A stretch of 55,956 nt of DNA. Origin: Octopus bimaculoides (Eukaryota). Under the pieces are notes generated by a model. The model had not been told where the DNA came from. It worked only from the letters and a program-made list of their open reading frames with translations, and made no database searches. Positions 26,590 to 38,689 of the stretch are shown here, one piece after another (the first letter of the stretch is position 1; every line of letters begins with the position of its first letter). The translations under genes and the position numbers were made by a program. Location of the stretch: the NCBI RefSeq assembly GCF_001194135.2, contig NC_068989.1:28104521-28160476 (forward strand), in the 5' to 3' direction.

Positions 26590-26730
26590 GAATTAAAACA
26601 GGTGATGGAAATGAATCACTGAAAGCGATATGGTGAGTCTTCTAGAGCACTGCATCTCGTCAATCATGCCGATTCTTTGTCATCTCCGTGACATTCAATG
26701 TTCTAAGATCAGACTTCAGTACTGAGGTAG
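26590..26730 (-). mobile_element. Possible RTE-like LINE 3'-end fragment
   Basis: Minus strand reads SVLKSDLRTLNVTEMTKNRHD*RDAVL*KT, resembling the ..DL..L..EEMT.DR..WR.AV..KT end of RTE-like ORFs. Confidence 0.35.
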
Positions 26731-28097
26731 GAGGGAAAGAGTATATATTGGCCCTAGAAGGATGTAGATTTTAGGGGGATGTTGGTGAAGAGCTAGTATC
26801 TTGGATATTGATACGATATCAATAAGTTTAGCTACTAATAGACTTCGAACATAAGGTCATCACTGTTGTTTTTTTTAACTCTGAAGCAGGTGTGATCAAG
26901 CTGAACTATGATGAAATTCAATCTAGCTGTTACACATCACTTGTCTGTAGACATGATTCATCCAAGACTTTCTGCGGATGGTTACTATTTCTAAAAATTT
27001 GGACAACCTTTTAAAGTTCTATATATTGGTTTAGGCAAATAAAGGATTATATACTGAGCTAAAACAGGAAGAATTAACAGATGGTCATAATTGAATTTTT
27101 ATGCTGTGAGTTTTGATAAAAGCTACGATACTGATGGGCGACGGGCAATAACTATGAGTGTTTATGAGTTTTATAAGTTTGTTTCACAGCCACACAGTAC
27201 ATGGTTTGATCCCCGCTCCCGCATAGCATCTATAGCAGTGAGTAGAATTTTGTAGACGGAATCGTATCGTAATCCCCTACGTATGCTTATAGCGTTCCGC
27301 AACGTATAACATAAGGAGAGAAGAGCGGTGGGTGAGAAAGTGAGAGTAAAGTTAATGAACTGCTGCTTTTTCATAGATATTCCTTCTGATATTATTTGTT
27401 CTTCCGTAGTTACTCAAATGTCCAATCATTTGTCATTCGTAATGCAGCGAAACCGTGAATGGTCGGTTGGAAATCTGTAACCATTTATATTATTATTCAG
27501 AAAGTACAATATGAAATTAGTAAATAAAACCAAAAGGTCGGAAGACATTTTCTGTCTTGAAAATGAAATCCAGGATGACCTGAGTTTCTCGCTTGTAAAA
27601 TGTGAGCACAGCATAACCAAAGTTATAGGTCTTCCAGCATGTTCGACAGAAAATATTGGATCAGCTGAACTACATATTCATTAAATTAGCCTATAACTGG
27701 TTGAGTACCCCGCAGACATATATAGCTTTGGCGCAATCAGTATATTATTAGTGCTGTATCTAGGATTGCAGGAATAGCCCAGCTGGACGGTACCTTCACA
27801 GTTTCCCTTGCAAGGCTTAAGTTGACCAGAGGCAGTGGTAAAAGACATTCATACATTTGTCCTTCGGTGGGATTGAATTCGGAACTTTGTGATTGCGAAG
27901 CAAACTACTTAAGTACTCGGTTCACTTCTATAGTGTCAAGAAGACTGAGGGTTAATATATTTTTAATTATGTTTATTTCATATACGTTTGCCAGGCACAG
28001 AATGTAGCGTTGGCAGCACAACATTAACTGCTAAGTTGAAAAGCGAATATCTCTGCAAACCTGTCCATGATGTAGGAGATAATACATATGATAATAG

Positions 28098-28251
28098 TGA
28101 CGATGACGATGATGATCACGACGACGACGACGACGACGACGACGATGATGATGATGATGATGAAGATGATGATGATGATGATGATGATGATGAAGATGAA
28201 GATGACGATGATGATGATGGAGATGACGATGATGATGATGATGAAGATGAC

Positions 28252-28305
<54 letters not shown>

Positions 28306-28317
28306 GATGACGATGAC

Positions 28318-28359
<42 letters not shown>

Positions 28360-28420
28360 GATGATGATGATGATGAAGATGATGATGATGATAACGACGA
28401 CGATGCTGATGCGGAGGAAT
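28098..28420. repeat. Compound (GAT/GAC/GAA)n trinucleotide tract, open poly-Asp frame on the plus strand
   Basis: Direct inspection. ORF 27988-28422. Confidence 0.95.
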
Positions 28421-28745
28421 GATAAAAGGCAAATGGTACCATGAGTGATGCCAAAACTACTTTATTAGAGAGAGGAAGAGCAGACGTGCGCACTGTTAGT
28501 AGAGGGGGTAAGAAGGGAGAAAAGGAGAGAAGAGCGGTGAGTGAGAAAGTGAGAGTAAAGTAAAACAAAGTATATGATTGGAATGTCGACAGAGATAATG
28601 ATGTTTGATGAGCATATTGGTAGGAGAGACCCCAAGAAGAAGAATTACCAAAAGAATAGGAAGATGAAAAGCTCGATTCAAGAGGAAGAAATTTTAGAGA
28701 ATAGACGAATCAAAAGCAAAAATGAACGCTGCTGCTGCTAAGGGG

Positions 28746-28880
28746 GAGGAGGAAGAGGAGGACGAGGAAGAGGAGGAGGACGGGGAAGAGGAGGAGGACG
28801 AGGAAGAGGAGGAGGACGAGGAAGAGGAGGAGGACGAGGAGGACGGGCAGGAAGGGTAGGACGAGGAGGACGAGGAGGAA
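28746..28880. repeat. GAG/GAA/GAC trinucleotide tract with 15-18-bp higher-order units (GAGGAAGAGGAGGAGGAC)
   Basis: Direct inspection. Confidence 0.9.
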
Positions 28881-29118
28881 TTGGAGGCAGAGGGGGAGAA
28901 GGATCATGATGTCTATGAGACTATGTTGATGATGTTGATAATGAATATGATAATGATGATTATATGGCGGTGACAATGATTGCTATGATGATAATAATAG
29001 GGAGTATGATGATGCTGATGATGATGATGATGATGATGAAGCAGCCGCGAACAGTGAGAATGACGACGATAGCAGCTTATTATCTTGATAAAGGAATAAC
29101 TTGTAAGCATAATAAAAA

Positions 29119-29128
29119 CAACAACAAC

Positions 29129-29191
<63 letters not shown>

Positions 29192-29212
29192 CAATAATAA
29201 TAATAATAACAA
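29119..29212. repeat. (AAC)n then (AAT)n microsatellite
   Basis: Direct inspection. Confidence 0.95.
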
Positions 29213-29907
29213 TAAAGACGTAATAGAAGAGGTAACAATGAAGTGAAGTAAAAGAATTAGCAAAAGAAGTGGAATCTGAAGGCAAAAACAGGTAGAAACC
29301 AGTAAATAAGAACTTAAGAAAATACAGAAAGTAGAGACAAAGAAGGCAAAGACGATGAAGAAAGAGGAAGTAAAAAGACGAGTAGTAGATATTTAAACAG
29401 ATAAAAGGAAGGGGAAAGAGAAGCATTAGGAGACGAAACCTATAATATTTTGTTAAGGAAGGAATGCATTACGATGACATTCGGAAAACAGTTATTGAAA
29501 CTATAAAAATCTTTTTCCCAGATGTGTTTTCTATTTCTTTTTTTTTTTTACTTTTATGTATCTTCATCTTCCCTTTACTATTACTATTATTCCCAATTAC
29601 TATTATTTAAAGACCGAGAACCGGTATTCATGTGTAAATAATCCTTCTGCAAAAACGTTTCTTGACTTCAGAATATGAGACTGCATTAAATATCTTCGAA
29701 CTATTTTACGAAGTATAAATCACATGGTATTGTGCAAAACTACGAGTGCACCCACACGCACGCGCTCACAAATACACACATAAACACACACAGATATCTT
29801 CACATAGACACCCAGTCATACAAATACGCATATATGTATGTGTATACATATATACATATATACATACATATATATATATGAGTTCATGAACTTTGGCTCT
29901 TTTCTCT

Positions 29908-29949
<42 letters not shown>

Positions 29950-30264
29950 TATATATATACGAACGCGTATACATACATCGATAGAGAAATGGGTATTAAG
30001 TTGCACCTGTAAGACTTTGACTTCATTATAATTTGGTAATGCATTCTAAAAATTCTTCTAAAGTGAATTATTAGAACTTTAACAAATTCGTAATTCAATT
30101 TATACTTCTTTATGTAACATACCAGAACGATCTACCGATAGCATTTTTCTCTGACCTCCTGGATTATGGTCTATCTCACATTTCACAAAGGAAGAGCTTC
30201 TTGAAGTATGAATAGACACTTTAAACAACTTATGTAGGCCGATACAATATCTTGTCCTTTCCTT

Positions 30265-31469
30265 TACGAGTGTCAGCTGAAGACCTGAGTGGTTGACCAA
30301 GATAAGTTAGTGGAATGTAATCAGATGAAGTTTATTATTCAACATATGGCCACACATGTCTTCCATCGGTTTTTCATTGGTGAAGAGGCTTTCATCGTGT
30401 TGGTCAAAAAAAAAGTCAACAGCAGATATGACGTCATCATCACTGCGATACTGGTTGCCGACCAAGTTTTTTTCGTGTTGAGTATCTGAGGTTGATCAAC
30501 CAGTTCAAAACTACAGTCAAGCTCAGTAGCCATTGAAACCAAGGAGTTTTGTGCTGGAACATTATTCTGACGAAAGATATTTATCACCTGTTCTCCTGGT
30601 TGTTTGGTCTTCATTGCCTTTCGTACCTGCCTCAGCAAATTGCCATAGTACTCTCTGTGGTGTGGTGCTTTTGAACATAGTCAATAAACACAATACCTTT
30701 TGCATTGTGAGAAACAGGCCATCACTTTCACTGCAGATGAAACTGCCGTGGCTTTCTTTGGAGCACGTGAGGAGAGGTGTTTTTGCAGTATGGATTATAT
30801 CTTTGTCTCTGGCTAAAAGTGTTGAACCCAGTACCCTTCCTAGCTTACGAACTGTTCAAGGAAACTAGCCGCAACTGCCTCAAACAATGTCAGATTTTGC
30901 AGTGATATGATCATCATGGTGCGCTTATTGATCAGATATTAGAAGATGTGCCGCCTACCAACTTGAGACGTTCGTCATGCCAAGTTCATTTTACAAATCT
31001 CTCACGAGGTATGCTAATAGCATTTGGGTATTTGATTTATAGTAGACCGCCTGTCATCCATCAGCATGTAGTGAAAACGATCAATGTTTTCCTCGGTGGT
31101 GGCAATTGTAGGACCTGCAGGTCCTGAATTTCGATCATCTTCAATATTTTCCCTTTCCCTCCTAATTTCAGTTGCCCACTTTAGCATTGCTTACACAACA
31201 ACAGCATCATTCTCTAATTTTGCAACTATGTCAGTATGAATGTCGTTGAGGGCTAAACCCTTTTTTTGCAGATACTTGGTAATACCAAGATGCCAAATTT
31301 TGTTCAGTTTCAAGAGAGGTCGCTACTAGTTACTAGTCTTCTTTAAACAGTCCGATGTCAGTTTACCTGGAACGAAACAACACAGTTATTGATAAGCAGA
31401 TTTGAAATTAAGGTTTGCAAGATTTTACAGCTCTAGAGACATAAGTTAAGCTTTCAGTCCAACCTCGAA
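30265..31469 (-). mobile_element. Near full-length dead mariner transposon, second family
   Basis: Minus strand reads GPTIATTEENIDRFH, WVQHF*PETK..KKATAVSSAVKVMA, LRQVRKAMKTK..QNNVPAQNSLVSMA..FELVDQP, QYRSDDDVISAV. Degenerate TIRs are TACGAGTGTCAGCTGAAG (30265) and CTTTCAGTCCAACCTCGAA (about 31451-31469). Confidence 0.85.
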
Positions 31470-32645
31470 CGAGTTACGGAATGGAGTAGGAAAGATCCGG
31501 GCTACATATGTTTCATGAAGTGGTAAAATCCAAGTGAGGTGTATACCGCCAGCTGCTCGTCAGACCAAGAATACCTTGATTATATTAAAGGTTACATTGT
31601 TGCAAGGAGGTACATGTTGACGCAAGGAAGATTCAGTCAAAATGCGTAGAGAGCACAGTATGAGAGGAGTATATAAATGTAGGGAGAAAGAAATATTAGA
31701 AGGGAAGAATGAAGAAAATATAAGGGAGTGAGAAGAAGGAGGAATTTAAGCAAGGTCAGTTGACTGGTAATTGTTTTGGCTGAAACACAGAATATAGCAA
31801 AGGGATTGGAATTTGAAGAAAAAATAATTTGGAGGGGAGAAGGTGGGGAAGAAGGTGGGGAAGAAAGAAAGTGTGTATAAATAAAGGAGGATAGAGTGAG
31901 GAATTTAAGCACGGTCATTTGAGTGTTGGTATTCAAAGGATTTTTCTGGCCGAATCACAGAAATTAGCAGGGGAGTCGTATTCTGAAAATTAAAACAGTA
32001 TGAAGTGGTGGAGGTCTATGTAAACGTGTGTACTTGTAAGTTTACGGATGGAGGGAGTAAAAGGGGGGGGGGAGTTGAAATAAAAGGAATTTTGTTTTTA
32101 GATGGTAAGGAAAGATATCAGGCAAAGATAAACTTACTTGGAAATCGATGCTTCGTGTTCGATTAAATAATAAGTAATAAACAATATATGATATATATAT
32201 ATATATATACATATACGGGTACAGAAAATCACCAACGGTGCAACTAACATGAAACACGTAAACAGACGAGTTAAATACGTAAACAACGAGAAAAAATTGG
32301 AAAACAGGACAAGTAAACACAGAGAAAGGCTCATTCATCAGATGTCGGCTGTCTATCTACTCCTCATTTCGAGCACTCAACTACAATATGAGTCTTCAAA
32401 GACAGTTGCTCCCATAAATTCTAAAATAAAATTTAAGATTTATGGAGGGTCAAAGTTGGGAACAAAAACATGACAGTGGAGTCTTTGTTCGGCTTCCTTG
32501 TATGTCTCCACTGTCATGTTTTTACTTCTCCCGTTTTCCATTTTTTCTCGTTGTTTACGTATTTAACTCGTTTGTTTACGTATTTCGTGTTATTTCCACC
32601 GTTGGTGACATCCTGTATGTATATATATATATATATATCACAATT
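31470..32645. mobile_element. Penelope-like non-autonomous repeat region with decayed hammerhead and inverted terminal segment
   Basis: Hammerhead at the left end, an internal direct repeat (GAGGAATTTAAGCA.GGTCA.TTGA twice, about 160 bp apart) and an inverted (TA)n-bounded right end. Class is inferred. Confidence 0.45.
31500..31566 (-). ncRNA. Decayed type I hammerhead ribozyme
   Basis: Minus strand GGU-CUGACGA-GCAGCUGG...CCACUUCAU-GAAA-CAUAUG-UA/GCC. Core, palindromic stem III (ACAUAUGU) and a 3-bp stem I are present, but stem II is only partly paired. Confidence 0.5.
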
Positions 32646-32659
32646 TATGAATTATAACT

Positions 32660-34420
32660 GATTGTTACCGGTTGGCAACTTACCAGCGAATAGAAAAATA
32701 TCTTGATCAGCTTGAAAGAGTAAAATATATTCATCCAGGGGATAATGTGGAACGGTCAAGTGTGGTTCACCTTCGAGGAAGTTCCAAAATCACTCAACAA
32801 CCACCCTAACGAGTCACGATCTCATCCTCTTCCCCATTAATCTTGGCCGAAGGATGTTTAAAATAAGAGTATAGAATATACCACCAGAAATCAACATCTG
32901 CTGGCTGGTGACAACGGTTCTCTTTGACGAAGAGAAAACCAATACACTGCAGAGACAAAAAATACAGAAGCAGAACTGGTTAAGACAAGGTATGCGATTG
33001 TCAATACAAGTGGATCAGCTAAGTATTGAGGTCATCGATGGAGGAGATGCCTTTGTGCAACAATGCTCAAACACGACCCCTACACAACTATACTAACATT
33101 GTCAACATCGTTATCATTACTACCACAATTACTACCACTATAACAGACACCACCACTTTCAGCACAACTTAATTTGATTACATGCACAATTTGATCACAA
33201 ATTACAACACGAACAATAGTTACACATCACTGACATACACACGACCAGCAAGGCACTAATGGGATACGTACACAACCATACGATCATGATCCGACTTATT
33301 TAATCACACCAACAACCAACACACCTACAAACATACAAATTATACAAATGCAACAGAACGTATATAACAAATATATTGGAAATTTTACAAAAACTTAAAC
33401 AAAAGATTTTACAAAGAATTGCTTGTGGAAACGCCCACTTCTAACACGAGGAACAGAACACCTACCCCAGCCCCGCACAAAACTACGGTAATAGCCCTTT
33501 CTCCTCTTTTCTGCCCATTTCATTGCTCAACGGGATCTTGCTCAGAATAGGCATTATAAATGCACCTAACCTGGGGTCGCCTTGGAAACAGGCCAGCGAC
33601 TCAATGACCTCAGGTCGCCAAGTCTAGATGTGGCTGTCAATGAGACGAGACACTCCGACCGATGAGCTTTCATGTCCATTTTCGTTGGAAACGAGATTTA
33701 CTTATCTTTATGTCAACTGGGAATGCGATCAGTGGAAGTTCTATTTTGACATTCTCTAGAGAATCAGTGGTGGGAAAGTACGACGAAATTCTCAGGGAGA
33801 CCTGGGCGACGACGAAAATCAACTGATCTGCCACGATCAGGACTTACGGATAATTTCCAGAAATCCTTGGCCTACCAGTGCAACAGGGTGGAGGAATTAC
33901 CGGTTTGCTATAAGCTCTACAGGCATGAAAGTACCGTCAGCCAGGTTCACCCGAGATGTACGCGGAGCGACGGAACTCTTCTGCACACACTCGTCCAGTG
34001 CCCGAGCATTCCTGACTTCTGGGTTTACGTCGAACATCCGCTGTCACGTGCAGAACGGTACCAGCTATCAGTCGAGTCCATTGTGAAAATAATACCACCA
34101 CCTTCGTTTGACCGGGAAGGGTGGGCAGGCAGGCAGTGTTTCTGGTGGTCTTAGCCGAAAAAGAGGTTGTGTGGTGGGCCAGACGGAAAGTGCTCAAGGC
34201 AGATAATTTCTTCTTTGGCCAAGACCGCATCAATTTTTCATGTTTCATTTGGAAAGGAAAGGAAGGGTAGAGAGAGAAGTGCTACCTCCCAACAAGGTGA
34301 CTGAATTTTGCAAGAATGGTCTAAGTGAACTGGTCTATTCTAACCGTGCACCAATAGACGAAGAAGAGAAGGCACTTTCCCTAATGGTCAAGACCTCCGT
34401 GGTTTTCTGATTTCTCAATA
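32660..34420 (+). mobile_element. Internally deleted L1/Tx1-clade LINE (ORF1-like part, APE N-terminus, C-terminal CCHC, no RT)
   Basis: LRIGIINAPNLGSPWKQA..LDVAV.NETR (APE start), then DNFQKSLA..LPVCYKLYRH..HPRC....TLLHTLVQCPSI..SVESIVKIIPPP (C-terminal knuckle). The ORF1 assignment of 32660-33100 is weaker. Confidence 0.75.
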
Positions 34421-34692
34421 ACCAGCATTAGGCAGTCTCCTTCGTTGCTAAAACTTATTTTGTTATCATTTTCATTGTTTACACGCTTCATTATCTGTGA
34501 GCCCACATTGCATTGTCTTGTACCGTCTCCAATGAGGTAAATAAAGAAAGCATTTCGAGAGCAGCAGCACAATGGAGCCAGGACACACACGAAAACGAAA
34601 TGTGTCACTGAAGAGGTCAGAGCTGTGTGAAGAAATGACCACGATTTGACATCAGAAATCTTGCAATACAAGTTGATAAACGTAAAGAAAGC

Positions 34693-34705
34693 ATTATTAT
34701 TATTA

Positions 34706-34741
<36 letters not shown>
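34693..34741. repeat. (TTA)n tract at the 3' end of the Dong element
   Basis: Direct inspection. Confidence 0.95.
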
Positions 34742-34742
<1 letters not shown>

Positions 34743-37735
34743 GTGTTAAAAACTCACAGCTTATTTTGCTGAGTGTGATTGAAAGTGTCAGCTCTCCACA
34801 GCCAGCAGACTAAGGTGACACTTGTTTACTGGTCATGCTTCAAGAACTCTGTGAAGAATTGTTGCAGTTCCAAGCAATGCTGACTTTTGTAGATGTTCTA
34901 CCTTCACACTTGCACCAATCTCTTTTTAGCCAGGTTGGTAGTTGAATGCTGATACTTTCAAGTGACCCAATTACTATTGGTATCACGTCTACTCTCCTCA
35001 CTGACCACAACCTTCGTATTTCCAACTTCAAATCGTCATAGTTTATTTTTATTCTTCTTTCACATTGATCCTGTTGTCGCCGGGGCGTGCTATCTCGATT
35101 ATCGTGCATGTTCATTCTTTTTTAATTTACCACAGCAATGTCCGGTTTCCGATGTCTGGTCAGGTGATCGTACTGGATCATTGTACCCCACAGGATTTTG
35201 CAGTTCTCATTTTCGGAGATTCCTTCTGGAGTTTACTCAAACCCCGTCTTTGCTCTTTGTAGGCTCTGATTTCCACAGAGCTTCCAATAGACCATTCTTG
35301 CCACATTGTCATGGCATCTTTTATATTCACGTTGTGCCAATTTCGGACACTCGCTACCGATGTGCCATACCGTTTCACCCTTCTCACCACACATTCTGTA
35401 TTTATCGCTGTCGGTAGTGTTGTCTATTTTGCGCTCACATAGTTAGGCCTTAACACTTGTTCTTGAGCTGCGCATATGGGTGCTTCTGTCTGTATCTTCC
35501 GGTCGCTCCTTCTTATCCATAGCCACCGGTCCTCTGTATCTGTCTTCGTGTTCACATCTCTTGCAAACTGACAGTACAATCTTTTCCTTCCATGCTTTTT
35601 CTTTTTTTGTGTTCACTTCTTCAAATTCTTCTTTCATTACACAAACTTCAGGTTAGATGGCGCCGGCCTCCTTCGAATGTTTTAACAATGGCTCAACGGC
35701 ATTTTCTATGTACCACCCTAAGCTGTTTTCCTCAGTTCTGGCAACTGATCAAACCTCTCCCACCCTTTTTTCTGGATAAGTAAAGCCTATCGGTGTCACT
35801 CTTAGAGAGGAAGGATCCGTGTACTGTCAACATTTTTCTTGTCTTTGTATCCAATTTCATCATTTCTCTCTTTTGCCATTTTATAATTCCCGCTCCATAC
35901 CGAAGTAATGCTATCACCCACATATTAACTGCTTGGATTGTACGCCATCCAGTCAATTTTGAGCGCAACACCAACTTTAGTATTCGGAAGTATTCCATCC
36001 TCCGTTGCTCTTTCATTTCCTTCTCCATTATCTCGTTGAACTCTTGTACACCAAGGTATTTGTAGCCTCCAGTTTCAATTCGTTTCATCAAGTTTCTATT
36101 AGGTAATTCTATCCCTGCTAGGGACTGTACCTCGTCTCTTTTTATGTAGATTATTTTGCACTCCTTGAGTCCAAATTCCATTCTAATATCAGTACTAAAA
36201 CAGTATAGTAACTTCCACATTAATAGGAGGCAAGAAATTGGTCTGTAATTGTCAGCAGCATTTCCCTTTGATGCATCCTTCAGACACAACACCATTCATC
36301 CTTTTGTCAACCAGCCCAGGATTTCTTCTTCTCCATTGATCAATGCATTAAATTTCTGTGATCAATTTATGGCAACTACTGAAATTTTTTATCCAAAATC
36401 CCAGTACACCATAAGTTCCTGCTGCTTTCTAATTGCTTATCTTTTTACTCTTATTTCTGATACTGCCTTCTGTGAAATAGATAGCCTCTTGCTGGGAATA
36501 AGAAGCTGTATGCTTCGGGCTGCAGAGCCATTCAGCTGTAGTATTATGTTGTTCTCACTTAATCCATATCTTACCCTAGAAAAGTTGACTTTCATAAGCA
36601 TCAGGGATTAATCTTTCACGTTTTGTATCAACATTAATTTATTGATAAAATCGTTCTGGGTCGGTTCTAAACAATTTGTTTTGCCAGTATTGCTTCATCC
36701 GTTGTTCAAACCTAGTTAGTTCTGCCTTTTTTTGCAAGTATGCGCTGCTTCAGTTCTTCAGTTACTAGATTCAGGTCTTTTGTATCTACACCATACTTCT
36801 TCCTAACTATCGAATTTCCATTCATTCTTAAGTTCTCTATTTCTTTTCCTGACAAGTATTGATACTACACTGTTCAAGTTTATATCTTTTGAAATTCTTC
36901 TTTTCCGCCAAGGTTGTTTATTTCCTCTTCTATCCATCTCTGTTCTGTTCTCAGTAGTTCTCAATCCCATACTTGCCGCTACAGTTCTACTTGCAGTCTT
37001 GATAAGATTATTTGTTTGTGTGATGTTCTTTGTTTCAATGTGTTTCAGCATAATATTGACTTTACTCGTCTCTTGATTTAGTCTCCATTGGTTAGCCTTC
37101 TTAAAGTCGCACATAAATTCTGTCCCTTCTGTATTTAATAGATTCAAAATCTTGTCTATTATTAATTGATCTTCATTGTTTGAGGCGTCACTGATCTTAA
37201 TTCTTTCACAATTCACAGTAGGGTATCCTTGCGAACAATTTTCCATTTCTTCCACTATACCACATTCGTTTATTGCGTGTCTAGCATTACCCGATATCCT
37301 TCTGCTAATAGCTTCTAGCTCCAATTCTGTTAACCATCCATTCGTTTGTATTGCTTGGTCACATAATCTCTGTTCAGCAATTCAAAACAGATTCATTGCC
37401 TTCCATGCACTGTACATTCGTTTTCTGTACCCTATGACAGGCACGCCATTCGCATCCACTAGGGTGCTCCGGTAGTTACACTCCATAACAATCATGCTTA
37501 CTTGTTTACTCCACTTATGTCTTGTAGTGACCGGATTATGCAGTGGCTGGATTATGACCGGGGCCACCTTGCTGCACATTGAGATACCTGCCGAGTGCGG
37601 TTCTTTCACCAGTGCTTCCAGTCCCGTTCACACCGTTATCGTCATTTTTGTTTTCGCTTGGCATTTTCACTCGCAAATGAGGTGTTTTTAGGTTATCACC
37701 AACCGATTTTTTTTATCGAGACACCATCACTATCC
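34742..37735 (-). mobile_element. Near full-length degenerate R4/Dong-clade retrotransposon with the RT core deleted
   Basis: N-terminal RHKWSKQ..IVMECNY..IGYRKRMY, ELEAISRRI, ELKQRILAKKA, RT start [14 protein letters not shown] fused to [25 protein letters not shown], then CCHC and RLE (HRKPDI..DDLKLEIRRLW..PIVIGSL). Many stops and frameshifts. Confidence 0.92.
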
Positions 37736-37759
37736 AGGTATAATTATTACTATTATTAT

Positions 37760-38308
37760 CATGGGTGAGAGAGCAGGGCATGCCATCAAAGTGACATTGA
37801 GGTAAAATATACGAAGCCCAGTATGCCTATCACGACTACCCGTCTGATAAGGGTACACCAGGCACATGCATCACAACCATATGTGCGTGACATAGTGGTC
37901 TCATATCAATACACACAGCGCATGGCCTTGCCCAGTTAGAATTTTCTTCAGGTCGAGTAGTCCAACCCGCTCAACACATCCTTGAATAAAGGTTGTTTGA
38001 GGATGTCGAACGAAATACCTATGTTTCCAAAGGTGAATTATCCAAACCCCAAAGAATTCCTCTCAACACATGACTATGATGCTCCCCCACTACTTCCGCA
38101 CGTGATCAGAGATGCATATATCGTCAGCCACTAAGGGACATGCTCAACTGGTTAAGATCAAGCAACTGACAAGCAAATCTGTGGTATTGAACAGAATATT
38201 TGCTGTAGCCCATCTTTTATACCAAGACAAAACACTATACATGATAGCACCTCCAATCAGTTAAGATAAGAAGTCATGAGAACCACTGTCTGGTACTGCA
38301 TCAGGGCA
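37760..38308 (-). mobile_element. About 550-bp non-coding interspersed element between TAA tracts, unclassified
   Basis: Sharp boundaries at TTA-type tracts on both sides, no ORF and no obvious A/B box. Orientation is inferred from the neighbouring Dong copies. Confidence 0.5.
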
Positions 38309-38320
38309 TTATTATTATTA

Positions 38321-38388
<68 letters not shown>
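38309..38388. repeat. (TTA)n microsatellite (a second lies at 38607-38687)
   Basis: Direct inspection. Confidence 0.97.
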
Positions 38389-38604
38389 GTTCAGTAGTTT
38401 TATTTTTATAACGTGCTTTCACTTCACTACCGAGCGCAGCTCTGTGCACCTTGGGTATGTGCTGTGGTTTGCTGTGGTGCTCTTATGTTTACTGTATTGA
38501 AAGTGTTTTGCGTAGAATGTGTGCAGTACCCAGTAGCGCAATTTTCTGTATGTCATATATATATTTGTAAGTCCTGGTGTTTTTGTTATGTATTTGTCTG
38601 AATA

Positions 38605-38610
<6 letters not shown>
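38389..38610 (-). mobile_element. R4/Dong second family, extreme 3' end inserted in (TAA)n
   Basis: IYDIQKIALLGTAHILRKTLSIQ* plus 3' UTR, with (TAA)n on both sides. Confidence 0.85.

Positions 38611-38687
<77 letters not shown>

Positions 38688-38689
<2 letters not shown>

Noticed and set aside
32325-32395. Possible type II hammerhead (GCUC-GAAA...CUGAUGA-AU-GAGC, minus strand), with a similar arrangement at 42340-42385
   Set aside because: Stem II can pair, but stems I and III cannot be formed in either copy. Worth rechecking only on a family consensus.
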